A stretch of 24,840 bases of DNA from an uncultured Methanosarcinales archaeon (GCA_964419615.1 CAYQPU010000024.1:1-24840); one strand, 5' to 3'; positions 7,483 through 16,628 are shown, counted from the first letter of the stretch. Notes: generated by a model not told the origin, from the sequence alone. Numbers and translations are program-made.

Positions 7483-8715
7483 TTATAGATTCCCTCTTAT
7501 CTTCTCTGCCTTTAAAATCCTCTCAATTGCTTTAATATAAGCAGCATTCCTCATATGGGTATTATACTTTTCTGTAGTTGCATACACTTCTTTAAAAGAA
7601 TTAATCATTATCTCCTCAAGTTTTTCCAAAACCTCAGCTTCTTTCCAATAATAACCATAGAGATTCTGAACCCACTCAAAATAACTGACAGTGACTCCTC
7701 CCGCGTTAGCCAGAATATCAGGTACAACAACTGTACCTTTATCAAACAAAATCTCATCAGCTTCTGGTGTAGTTGGACCATTAGCAAGCTCTAACACAAT
7801 ATTTGCTTTGATCTTACTAGCGTTCTTTTTCGTGATCTGATTTTCAAGAGCAGCTGGAACTAAAACATCAACATCTAGCAATAAAAGAGCTTCATTTGAT
7901 ACTTTCTCAGCATCATATTCTGTAACAGTCCCTTTTGTTGATTTAATCTCAATTAATTGTTTGACATCTAGACCATTTTTATCATAAACTCCACCTTTGG
8001 AATCACTCACAGCAACAATCTCATAACCCCACTCATCTAATATCTTCGCAATATTCATACCTGCATTACCAAAACCTTGGATTGCAACTCTAATCTTTTT
8101 TGGATCCTCCTCGCGGATTTTAACTAATTCTCTTAAAACATAAGCTCCACCCATAGATGTAGAATAACTCCTTCCCTGGGAACCACCAAGTTCAATAGGT
8201 TTTCCTGTGATCACTCCAGGAGCTTTTTTACCTTTGATTTTTTCAAACTCATCCATCATCCAGGCCATAATCTGAGGATTAGTATAAACATCAGGAGCAG
8301 GAATATCCTTCATAGGTCCAATATGTTCATGAACATTTTGAACAAAACCTCTACTTAATCTCTCAATCTCTTTATCAGAAAGCTCTTTTGGGTTAACAGT
8401 CACACCACCCTTTGCACCACCAAATGGAAGATTCACAACCCCGCACTTTAAAGCCATCCAAAAAGCCAAGCTCTTAACCTCACCTAAAGTAACTTGAGGA
8501 TGATATCTAATTCCACCTTTAGTTGGACCACGAGCATCATTATACTGCACTCTATAACCTTTAAACTGTTTCTTAGAACCATCATCCATCTTAACCTTAA
8601 TGTCAAAATCAAGAACTCTCTTTGGAGTCTTTAGAATCTTTATCTCTTTATCCTCAAGCTTTATAATCTTTGAAATAGTATCAATTTGTTCTAAAACATT
8701 ATCAAAAACATCCAT
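7483..8715 (-). CDS. gdhA: Glu/Leu/Phe/Val dehydrogenase (glutamate dehydrogenase)
   Basis: KGGIRYHP, GGAKGG, DIPAPDVYT, QGFGNAG, ELANGP, PDILANAGGVTVSYFEW. Start moved to ATG 8715 because of the SD AAGGTGA. Confidence 0.96.
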   Translation of the reverse strand: MDVFDNVLEQIDTISKIIKLEDKEIKILKTPKRVLDFDIKVKMDDGSKKQFKGYRVQYNDARGPTKGGIRYHPQVTLGEVKSLAFWMALKCGVVNLPFGGAKGGVTVNPKELSDKEIERLSRGFVQNVHEHIGPMKDIPAPDVYTNPQIMAWMMDEFEKIKGKKAPGVITGKPIELGGSQGRSYSTSMGGAYVLRELVKIREEDPKKIRVAIQGFGNAGMNIAKILDEWGYEIVAVSDSKGGVYDKNGLDVKQLIEIKSTKGTVTEYDAEKVSNEALLLLDVDVLVPAALENQITKKNASKIKANIVLELANGPTTPEADEILFDKGTVVVPDILANAGGVTVSYFEWVQNLYGYYWKEAEVLEKLEEIMINSFKEVYATTEKYNTHMRNAAYIKAIERILKAEKIRGNL

Positions 8716-8784
8716 TAAAATCACCTTTAAGAATTTAAATTAATATTTATTTTTATAACTTTGGTTTAATGTAATAACAAGATC

Positions 8785-9522
8785 TCATTTATGTTTGAAT
8801 TTTTTGTAAATCAGAACAGAACTAATAATCACAAACACACCACAAATCCACTGTGTTGCAGTCAAACCAAAATACCTTGGATCAATCCTAATAAAATCAA
8901 TCAAAAATCTACCAATTCCATATAATAACAAATAAGAATGAAAAACAAAACCTTTATACACTTTCTTTTTCTCAAAAGTGCTTAAGACAAAAAACAAACC
9001 AATCAAATATATGGCAGAATACCAAGCTGAAACATGCCTGCAAGCACCCTCAATATCATAACACCAAGGAACATTGGTAATCTTTCCAACGTGCCCGCCA
9101 TCACCCAAAACACATCCAATCCTTCCAAAAGCATGTCCGAGTGCAAGTAATGGAGCAATTTTATCAGCAAACTTCCAAAAATCAAGATCATTTTTCTTAA
9201 CATAAAAATAAATTCCAATAACAGCCGAAATAAAGCCCCCAATCCAAACTAAACCTCCACTAAAAAAATCAAAAACATTGACAAGATTATTTGGAAAAAA
9301 CTCATTAATGTTTACAAGCACATAAGAAATTCTTGATCCAATAATCCCAACAACGATCGCAATAATTCCAATATTATTAACATGTTCTTTATTCTGCTTA
9401 CCTTTAAACTTTTTTTGAATCAGAGAAATAGTAATGAGAAAACCCAGGGCAACCATTAAGCCATAACTTTGGATGGTTATTGGTCCAAGTTTCCATGAAA
9501 AAAAAGAATTGTAGGGAAGCAT
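8785..9522 (-). CDS. lgt: Prolipoprotein diacylglyceryl transferase (Lgt) family protein
   Basis: LGPITIQSYGLM, GGLVWIGG, GHAFGRIGC, H-x-S-x-x-Y and YGIGRFLIDFIR, with about 7 TM segments, match the Lgt motif order. Confidence 0.85.
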   Translation of the reverse strand: MLPYNSFFSWKLGPITIQSYGLMVALGFLITISLIQKKFKGKQNKEHVNNIGIIAIVVGIIGSRISYVLVNINEFFPNNLVNVFDFFSGGLVWIGGFISAVIGIYFYVKKNDLDFWKFADKIAPLLALGHAFGRIGCVLGDGGHVGKITNVPWCYDIEGACRHVSAWYSAIYLIGLFFVLSTFEKKKVYKGFVFHSYLLLYGIGRFLIDFIRIDPRYFGLTATQWICGVFVIISSVLIYKKFKHK

Positions 9523-9571
9523 TATCCCTCATCTTTTTTCTTTTTACAACATCCGCACATTTTCTCACCTC

Positions 9572-11377
9572 CTAACACTGTCCTGAAGGAACTTGTTCTT
9601 GAGTATTCTCTAAAACAGTCAAACACTCTTTTGGTGCCTCATCAAAAGCATCACATACAGCTTTTTTGTATCCGTCTGTATTTGTTCCACCAGGGAGTCT
9701 TACCCCATCAACAAAAACAGTTGGAGAACCTGTAACACCAAATAGTTCAGTCATCTTATATTCATCTGCAACATAGCTCAAACCATCATTCTTCTCACAT
9801 TCGCTGATCTTTTGTACATTAAGATCTAGATCTTCAGCAACAGCAGTCCAGCATGTATCAGCATTATTTGAGTTACACTTCTTGTTCATCGCAGTTGAGA
9901 ACTCAAAAAAAGCCCCAGCACCGAACAATTGGAAAGCGCAATCCTCTCTAACATTTTGGTTTAATTCCTGAATACCATGCATAGAACAATACTTGCCATC
10001 AGCAACACAATACTGTGGAGATCCACCTTGGTAGTTTGAATAAATAACAAACCTTGGATTAAAATCTGCCTTATCTCCAAGCAAATCATAAACTGGTGAA
10101 AGGGCCTCCTCTGCCTGATTACCATATGGACAATAGCTCATCACAAAAAAATCAACTTGAGGCCTATTATCATTTAAGACAATACCTCTTTCAGCAAGAA
10201 ATTTTGCTCGAAGCTCTTCATCAACAAAATGGTTTGCACCAGTTGAACTATCCTTTATTCTAAATAATCCATCAACAGTCTCAAAAGCACCTCGAACATT
10301 TGGTTGATTCTCCCAGGTATTAGTTTCAATTAATTCAGAATCAAAAATATAAGCTGGCACATAAACCAATCCCATCTTGTCAACTAGCTCTTGTCCTTGC
10401 TCACTGCTAACCTCAACCTCATGTACAACAGCACCAGGGAAAAGTTGCTTTGAAATACCTATAATTCGTGAAGTATCACAGGAGGTACATGTCTTATCAT
10501 TAACAACATACATATCAACTTCAACAGGATCCACATATGAGCACTCAGCATTTTTCTCATTAGGATTGAGACATTTTGGAATCATACCTTCTTTTTGAGG
10601 ACAATCTGCATCCTGAGTACAAATAGGTATATCTTTACAAGCTGAATGACTTGGAATCCTTGCACAAATAACTCTCTTAAAGGACAATGCATCTCTTCCA
10701 CCAGAATATGGTTCACCTTCTAAAAACATTGTTGGAGAAGCACTAGCTCCTGCTGCATTAGCCTTTAATATTGATGCACTCAACAATTCCTTACCTTCAT
10801 CTCCATTATAGCATCGTTCAATTGCATTTGTATTAATTCCTGCACCATGTGCACACACATTCCAATTATCTGGAATCTCTCTATAATTTTCATTCATACA
10901 AACAACCATATCCATATACTTTTTAGGAGCATATTTCATAGCACATAACTGCACAATATTACCTTTTACTTCTGGCTCACCATGAAGGCTCTTAAAATTA
11001 CCTCCACCTAAATCTTGCGCAATAAAGTTAATACTTAGATCAATAGCATCTCCCATTTCATCAAGAACAGGCTTAATGCCATCTTCAACCTGAGTACCAT
11101 ACGGACATTGACTCATAACATAAAATTCTAGTTTTACACTCTCTTGATTTTTTGTTGAAAGAGCAATTAGCAAAATTACAGCAAACACAAGTCCAAATCC
11201 TAAAGATTTCTTGATTGTCTCCTTCTTAACACTCATAATCAAGTCATCTTTTTTAGGTTTCTTCTTAGAATGTTTAACTGGACCTTTTTTAGTAGTCCTT
11301 GCCTTTGGTTTTGTTGGTTTCTTAACAGTTTTAGTTTGCTTTTTTTTAGTTTTCTTTTTAATTGGTTTCTTTGTCAT
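9572..11377 (-). CDS. Membrane-anchored tandem thioredoxin-fold (GILT/DsbA-like) protein
   Basis: Lys-rich N-tail, one TM, then two repeats of F[Y/F]VMS-x-CPYG ... HG-x-x-E-x-x-x-N-x-x-x-x-C ... SPT-x-F, separated by a Cys-rich linker. Confidence 0.8.
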   Translation of the reverse strand: MTKKPIKKKTKKKQTKTVKKPTKPKARTTKKGPVKHSKKKPKKDDLIMSVKKETIKKSLGFGLVFAVILLIALSTKNQESVKLEFYVMSQCPYGTQVEDGIKPVLDEMGDAIDLSINFIAQDLGGGNFKSLHGEPEVKGNIVQLCAMKYAPKKYMDMVVCMNENYREIPDNWNVCAHGAGINTNAIERCYNGDEGKELLSASILKANAAGASASPTMFLEGEPYSGGRDALSFKRVICARIPSHSACKDIPICTQDADCPQKEGMIPKCLNPNEKNAECSYVDPVEVDMYVVNDKTCTSCDTSRIIGISKQLFPGAVVHEVEVSSEQGQELVDKMGLVYVPAYIFDSELIETNTWENQPNVRGAFETVDGLFRIKDSSTGANHFVDEELRAKFLAERGIVLNDNRPQVDFFVMSYCPYGNQAEEALSPVYDLLGDKADFNPRFVIYSNYQGGSPQYCVADGKYCSMHGIQELNQNVREDCAFQLFGAGAFFEFSTAMNKKCNSNNADTCWTAVAEDLDLNVQKISECEKNDGLSYVADEYKMTELFGVTGSPTVFVDGVRLPGGTNTDGYKKAVCDAFDEAPKECLTVLENTQEQVPSGQC

Positions 11378-11388
11378 TTATACCACCC

Positions 11389-11817
11389 TTAATATGTTCT
11401 TGGAGGCATCCGGTTTACTTCAACAGTAGCTCGGTTAGCCCTATACATTCTTTCTAAATTTGATAATTTCTGGTTTATATTCTCAATCTCAGCTCTTAAT
11501 GCATCAAGCTTACTTGATATAACCTCGATTTCCTTTGAAATTGTATAAGTGTCAGTATTATATTGTTGTGGAGCAGAAGGCTGTTGTACAACCTGTTGTG
11601 GTTGCCTTGGAGGCATTGTAGTCTGAAACTGTGAATATGAGTTAGTTGGTTGTTGCACTGCTGGTTGACTTGGAGGCATTGGCGCGCTTGGAGTCCCAGG
11701 CATATCAAGTCCCAAATTTGGATCTAATCCCATATCTGGTTGTGGCACAGATGCATTTGAAGGCTCAGGCAATGCAAATTCATCATTTTTTTTCCAGAAC
11801 ATTAATTTCTCAAACAT
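11389..11817 (-). CDS. Hypothetical protein: amphipathic N-terminus, Pro/Gln-rich linker, C-terminal coiled coil
   Basis: MFEKLMFWKK start (GGAG SD favours ATG 11817), P/Q-rich middle, heptad repeat IEVISSKLDALRAEIENINQKLSNLE. Confidence 0.75.
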   Translation of the reverse strand: MFEKLMFWKKNDEFALPEPSNASVPQPDMGLDPNLGLDMPGTPSAPMPPSQPAVQQPTNSYSQFQTTMPPRQPQQVVQQPSAPQQYNTDTYTISKEIEVISSKLDALRAEIENINQKLSNLERMYRANRATVEVNRMPPRTY

Positions 11818-11967
11818 ATACTCCAAGTTTACAGCTCTAAATTTATAAATGTTACTATAAATATAAACTTTCAGTATTACTCTTCACATCAACTTTTGCA
11901 TATTCTAATCTCTCAAATGAAAAAATTTATATATAACACAAATAAGATTAAATCAAAAAGAGGAAAG

Positions 11968-12384
11968 ATGTTAGAAGGAGCAGTTCTGGGCCCGGCAATT
12001 ATTATGGGATTAGTTATAGGTTTAATTGAAATTCTATTTGTACATGCAGATGAAGGTGCAATGGGTGTAACCTGGATATCTCATGCTCTTCATGCTCTTC
12101 CCTTTACTGTTTTGTTTGTATTTGTTAGCATGAACATTAGCTTTGTTCTAGGATTACTAAACTTAGGCATAACAGAAAGTCCAGTAGTAGTCATAATTAT
12201 TAGAGTGGTAATTGCAATAATAGCAATGATAAAAATAGCAGGAGCAGCAGCAATAGCACCTGGTGCAAGAGGTGTTGGAGAAAAAATACCACATACTCTA
12301 ATTATTGGAGCTTTAATATTTGCAGCACCATATATCTGGGAATATGCTCTTGTGGGAATATTAGGTTCACTACTTCCTTTTTAA
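11968..12384 (+). CDS. Hypothetical 4-TM membrane protein
   Basis: TATA TTTATATA at 11926-11933 and AGAGGA SD support ATG 11968 rather than 11896. Four hydrophobic segments. Confidence 0.75.
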   Translation: MLEGAVLGPAIIMGLVIGLIEILFVHADEGAMGVTWISHALHALPFTVLFVFVSMNISFVLGLLNLGITESPVVVIIIRVVIAIIAMIKIAGAAAIAPGARGVGEKIPHTLIIGALIFAAPYIWEYALVGILGSLLPF

Positions 12385-12397
12385 TTAATTATTAACA

Positions 12398-12613
12398 TTA
12401 ATTCTCTTCAGCTTTTTTCTGAGGAAAGGGTCTTTTAACAGTCATTGGTAGTGAGCCTTTTTCAAACTCGATTTTTGCAATCTCAATGGGATTGTAATTT
12501 AATTCCACAAGCTTACTCTTTGGTATTTTAACCATAAATGGTGCACCCATTGCAATCTGTAAAGCTCTTGAACCAAGCATTCTTGCCTTTTCAAATTTGG
12601 TATATTCTTCCAT
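12398..12613 (-). CDS. rpoK: DNA-directed RNA polymerase subunit Rpo6 (K)
   Basis: YTKFEKARMLGSRALQIAMGAP ... PIEIAKIEF ... LPMTVKR. Confidence 0.96.
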   Translation of the reverse strand: MEEYTKFEKARMLGSRALQIAMGAPFMVKIPKSKLVELNYNPIEIAKIEFEKGSLPMTVKRPFPQKKAEEN

Positions 12614-12614
12614 T

Positions 12615-13397
12615 TTACTTCACCAACTTCCGGATTTCCTCAGCTTTTTTTATGCCAAGGTCTACCATTTTATCAATATCATCCATTGATAATGCAAAAT
12701 CTCCTCCCTTTTGTAATGCACAAATGCTCCCATCCTCAAGTGTTGTAACTGTTAGTCTTGCATCAAGTGCTTTTTCTTCATCAACAGTTGGATCAACAAT
12801 AAAATGTTCTCCAATTTTTAACACTGTAACAGACACAGGTATTCTATCAAGCTCTAAACTTTTTTTAGTCTTTTTCTTATAATCAATAATACCGTCTTTA
12901 ACTTCAGGGTACTTTGAATTTTTCAAAGCTGCTAGTGCAGCAAGAGCAGCAGCATCTTTAATATTACCCTCATCATTCACAGTTACAACATCAATACAAA
13001 CTAGCCAACAGCTCTCTCCTTTGTCAATGCACAATTTCTTTAAATCAATTGCTTTGCTTTCTCTGATACCTCTATCAACCACTCTGGCAATTTCAATACT
13101 ATCAATTCCAGGTGGTCCTGATTCAAACTCAGGACTTGCCATTGGTAATAATTCAGCGTTTGTAATAATAACACCATCTTCTGGCCTATCAGGATAAGGT
13201 TTATCCAATGATAATTTGATACCTGCTAAAACAACTGTTCCACCAATACTAACTTTTGCAGAACCTTCTGCAGTTTTAACAATATCCTGTTCAATCTTAA
13301 CCTCTCTAAATTCCTCGTTCTTTCTTCCATCAAATCTCATGCCTTTATCTAAGACACTAATCATGTGTGCTTTTAGATCTTCATTCATTATGATCAC
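12615..13397 (-). CDS. rrp42: Exosome complex component Rrp42
   Basis: RFDGRKNEEFR, AEGSAKV, FESGPP, ARVVDRGIRES, DEGNIKDA, RNase PH fold, operon position. Confidence 0.95.
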   Translation of the reverse strand: MIIMNEDLKAHMISVLDKGMRFDGRKNEEFREVKIEQDIVKTAEGSAKVSIGGTVVLAGIKLSLDKPYPDRPEDGVIITNAELLPMASPEFESGPPGIDSIEIARVVDRGIRESKAIDLKKLCIDKGESCWLVCIDVVTVNDEGNIKDAAALAALAALKNSKYPEVKDGIIDYKKKTKKSLELDRIPVSVTVLKIGEHFIVDPTVDEEKALDARLTVTTLEDGSICALQKGGDFALSMDDIDKMVDLGIKKAEEIRKLVK

Positions 13398-14094
13398 CTG
13401 TGTATTTTTCCTTTAATGCTTTCTTTTGAATCTCATAAATCTTTTCAGCAGCTTTTAATCCCAGCGTCATTGCAGACTTAAGGTCATCTCTTGTTACAAT
13501 CCCATCCATCTGTAGCAAAGAGATCTTTCCAGTAGATGGAATAATTGCTAATGGAATATCAGCAACCTCTCCTTCAAAAGCCTCTTCTAAGTAATCAGGA
13601 TCAATAATAACCATGTTATCCACTTTTCCTGCCGCCAAAGCCACAACAAGATCTTTCATTGCAATACCTGCATCAGCCAAAGCCATTGAGGCTGCACAAA
13701 TCCCAGCACATCTTGACCCTGCATCTGTTTCAGGAAGACTGATAAAAACATCAACCACTGAATTAGGGTAATCACTAAGATCAACAACAGGTAATAATGC
13801 TTTTTGAGTAACCAATGAAATCTCTTTTGATCTTCTGCTTGGTCCTGGTCTTACTCTATTTCCCATGCCTGAGAAAGGCATCATGCTATATGTACATCTA
13901 AGTAATCCTTTTTTTGGATCTTGTAAAAACTTTGGATGCAATTCTCTTGGACCATATACTGCAGCATAAGCAGCAGTATTTCCAATCTTAAAATAAGCAG
14001 ATCCATCAGCTCTTTCGATAACTCCTGCTTTTGCAATAATAGGTCTTAACTCATCAGGTTTTCTTCCGTCTAATCTTTTATCATATACCATCAT
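13381..14094 (-). CDS. rrp41: Exosome complex exonuclease Rrp41
   Basis: RLDGRKPDELR, ADGSAY, VYGPRE, GPSRRSKEIS, DAGSRCAG, acidic EEAFEGEVADIP. Confidence 0.96.
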   Translation of the reverse strand: MMVYDKRLDGRKPDELRPIIAKAGVIERADGSAYFKIGNTAAYAAVYGPRELHPKFLQDPKKGLLRCTYSMMPFSGMGNRVRPGPSRRSKEISLVTQKALLPVVDLSDYPNSVVDVFISLPETDAGSRCAGICAASMALADAGIAMKDLVVALAAGKVDNMVIIDPDYLEEAFEGEVADIPLAIIPSTGKISLLQMDGIVTRDDLKSAMTLGLKAAEKIYEIQKKALKEKYTGDHNE

Positions 14095-14780
14095 TGATCA
14101 CTTCCTAAAAATTCATTAATCTTGTCAGTAAGACCATTTACATGTGATTTTTTTTCTATCATCTTAATGGCCCTAACTGCTTTAAGTTCATCTTGTGGTT
14201 CTCCTTTTATCCAGACAAAACCATTTTGACCAACAATCACATTGCATTTTGTGGCCTCTTTGATCATGCTAATCATGGAACCTTTTTTGCCAATCACTCT
14301 AGGCACCTTACTGCAATTAATCTGGATAATTCTTCCTCCAGATATTTTTCTAAGTCCCCTACTCTTCATGGTCAAGTCAACAAGATTTTGGCTTGTAACA
14401 TTACTAATCTTTGTTACAATATAATCTCCAATATTATACCATCTTGTAAGATCTGCACCTCTCCTAATAAACTCAGAAGTGGCTTCTTTTGTTGAAAGCA
14501 TTGCACTATAAGCAGAATTAATATCAAATCTCCATCCGCTAATTGCAATATCAATCACTCTAGCAATAATCGTATCATTTCTCTTTGGAAGATATCTTCC
14601 AGCAAGAGGAATAATCTTAATCACTCTTCCATCAACTTTAACAAGTCCTAACTTTGATGCAATAATCTTATCATTCTCTCTGTAAGTTCCATTGCTTGGC
14701 AAATAATCCATTCCTTCTGCCAGTACTTCTCCAGGAACCACAGGTTCTAATTCATTTACTTTAATTTCCACTATACTCAC
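14091..14780 (-). CDS. rrp4: Exosome RNA-binding cap protein Rrp4 (S1+KH)
   Basis: VVPGEVL, GRYLPKRND, KVPRVIGKKGSMI, VGQNGFVWI. Confidence 0.95.
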   Translation of the reverse strand: MSIVEIKVNELEPVVPGEVLAEGMDYLPSNGTYRENDKIIASKLGLVKVDGRVIKIIPLAGRYLPKRNDTIIARVIDIAISGWRFDINSAYSAMLSTKEATSEFIRRGADLTRWYNIGDYIVTKISNVTSQNLVDLTMKSRGLRKISGGRIIQINCSKVPRVIGKKGSMISMIKEATKCNVIVGQNGFVWIKGEPQDELKAVRAIKMIEKKSHVNGLTDKINEFLGSDQ

Positions 14781-15514
14781 CTTGTTTCTAATATTTTAGT
14801 TTCAACATTACCTTTTGTAGCCTTATTCAGATTATTGAAAAAATCTTCTCTAAGTCCTGCTGGAAGTTCAACAACACCAACCCAAGTTCCATCTGTAAGC
14901 CATTCATCATCAATAAGTTTGCCACCTGATTTAACAACACCATAAGATTTTGCAGCATACTCTGCTGGAATCTTAACAGCAATCTTATTAATCTCAGCTT
15001 TTAATGGAATCACTGGACGCAAAGCATCAATAACATCTTTAACCTGATCTTCAGCTGTTCTAAAATCATCAATCTTAACCTTTGCCTCTTTTAATGCATT
15101 CTCAATTCTGTTTGGTGGATGAGGAAGATGTGTGTTTGGATCAACACAAGTTCTGCAAATCAAGGTAACAATCACTTTTCCCTTTCGCTCTCTAAGCTCC
15201 TTTCTATACTCTGCAGTCAGTTGGATCTCACCATTCTTTAGAATATGCTCAGTCACTTTGATTGGATCTTCTGTCTCGAAAAGATTCTGCATTAATTTTC
15301 CTGATGCAAGCTCTCCTTTTTTAGCATCGTGAAAAACATTTTCACTTCTAAGAACTTCTGAAACCTCCACTTCTTTTCCTTCTTTGTAAGCAACAGCCAT
15401 ATCAGCGTCAATAACAACTTCAAAAGTCTCTCCGCCTTTCTTTATCCTTGCAAGATTAAATGAGATCTTCTCATCCCTATCAAAAATTGCTTGGCCTGGC
15501 ATTTTACTTACCAT
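14777..15514 (-). CDS. Ribosome maturation protein SBDS/Sdo1
   Basis: ARIKKGGETFEV, VFHDAKKGE, GEIQLTAEYR, DPNTHLPHPPNRIENAL. The start could be 15502. Confidence 0.95.
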   Translation of the reverse strand: MVSKMPGQAIFDRDEKISFNLARIKKGGETFEVVIDADMAVAYKEGKEVEVSEVLRSENVFHDAKKGELASGKLMQNLFETEDPIKVTEHILKNGEIQLTAEYRKELRERKGKVIVTLICRTCVDPNTHLPHPPNRIENALKEAKVKIDDFRTAEDQVKDVIDALRPVIPLKAEINKIAVKIPAEYAAKSYGVVKSGGKLIDDEWLTDGTWVGVVELPAGLREDFFNNLNKATKGNVETKILETR

Positions 15515-16235
15515 TCACCTGCTTATGCAGTCTTTCTATTTTGTCTTTTGCAATCTTTACCATCTTTGGTTTATCTGTCTCAACATAAGCAGCATCAATT
15601 CTATCAACACTAAAGTCTTTTCCTAAAAGTTTGGATAATGCTTTAATAGCAAGAATCAAACATTGCTCAATAGTAAGTGTCTTTTTGTATTCCTTATGAA
15701 GCAGTTCTTCTACAAGGGCTTCGCCCTCTCCAATCACTGTTGCATTGTACTGAAAGAAAATTCCAGTAGGATCTGTCTCAAATAATTTTGGACCATCTTC
15801 ATCAATACCTGCAATTAATAATGAAACACCAAACGGTCTTAGTCCTCCAGACTGAGTACAAATCTGCTTTAAGTTAGCAAGATCTTTTACAATACTCAAA
15901 ATATCAACCGGAGAATCATAAGTAACTCTATGTTGTTGTGCTCTCATTTGAGCCCTTTCAATTAAAACTCTTGCATCTGATAATATTCCAGATGCAGTAG
16001 CCATCATATGATCATCCACTTGGAAAATCTTTTCCACAGCATCTGCTACAACTAACTTATCTACAATTCTTTTATCTGTAACTAGTAAAACTCCATCTTT
16101 GCACGCAAATCCAATAGCAGTTGATCCCTGCTTAACAGTTTTCTTAGCATATTCAACCTGAAGTAGTCTACCATCTGGACTAAACAAGGTAATTGCTCTA
16201 TCATAACCCATCAATTGATGTGGCATTGCTTCCAT
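15504..16235 (-). CDS. psmA: Proteasome alpha subunit
   Basis: GYDRAITLFSPDGRLLQVEYA, RPFGVSLLIAG. Start set at ATG 16235 from the SD GAGGTGA at 16244-16250. Confidence 0.97.
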   Translation of the reverse strand: MEAMPHQLMGYDRAITLFSPDGRLLQVEYAKKTVKQGSTAIGFACKDGVLLVTDKRIVDKLVVADAVEKIFQVDDHMMATASGILSDARVLIERAQMRAQQHRVTYDSPVDILSIVKDLANLKQICTQSGGLRPFGVSLLIAGIDEDGPKLFETDPTGIFFQYNATVIGEGEALVEELLHKEYKKTLTIEQCLILAIKALSKLLGKDFSVDRIDAAYVETDKPKMVKIAKDKIERLHKQVNGK

Positions 16236-16243
16236 TTTTCCCT

Positions 16244-16582
16244 TCACCTCAAATATTTTGATTCAGCTTTCTTTATTATGCCGGAAACTCCGACAGATCT
16301 AAATATCACTTTTTGCCTGCCAACTTTTTGAATCAAGCTAAGGCAAGCTTTTACTTGGTCAACACTTTTGTGACCAACCTTAATCATACCCCTTTGTTTA
16401 ACATAATTGAACTTGATCATCAAAAGTCCAACATCAGCAGCTCCAAGTTCACCTAAAGTGAGCAGTATTTGCTTTCTTATAGCAGCTTCAATTTGCTTGG
16501 AACTCTTTATTTTGGCATTAGAGATAACTTCAAACACCAAATATCTCTTCTTTTGTCTCAAGCTCGGCAAAATGGGTTTCAT
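16244..16582 (-). CDS. rnp2: Ribonuclease P protein component 2 (Pop5/Rpp14)
   Basis: LPSLRQKKRYLVFEVIS ... GVSGIIKKA, canonical position upstream of psmA. Confidence 0.93.
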   Translation of the reverse strand: MKPILPSLRQKKRYLVFEVISNAKIKSSKQIEAAIRKQILLTLGELGAADVGLLMIKFNYVKQRGMIKVGHKSVDQVKACLSLIQKVGRQKVIFRSVGVSGIIKKAESKYLR

Positions 16583-16628
16583 CTTATCAAATATCCCATT
16601 CCAGTGGGTTTTTACCGGAGAAAAAAAC

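Noticed and set aside
9572-11377. The thioredoxin protein as the lipoprotein substrate of the adjacent Lgt
   Set aside because: No lipobox Cys follows its hydrophobic segment (…ILLIALSTKNQES…).
11480-11720. DNA tandem repeat in the P/Q-rich gene
   Set aside because: Only short re-use (TTGGAGGCATT twice) explained by low-complexity protein coding; no periodic unit.
11896-11967. Longer N-terminus for the 4-TM protein (and likewise 8724, 16247 and 18717 for gdhA, psmA, dph6)
   Set aside because: These extensions run through the TATA or SD elements; downstream ATGs fit promoter/SD spacing and family N-termini.
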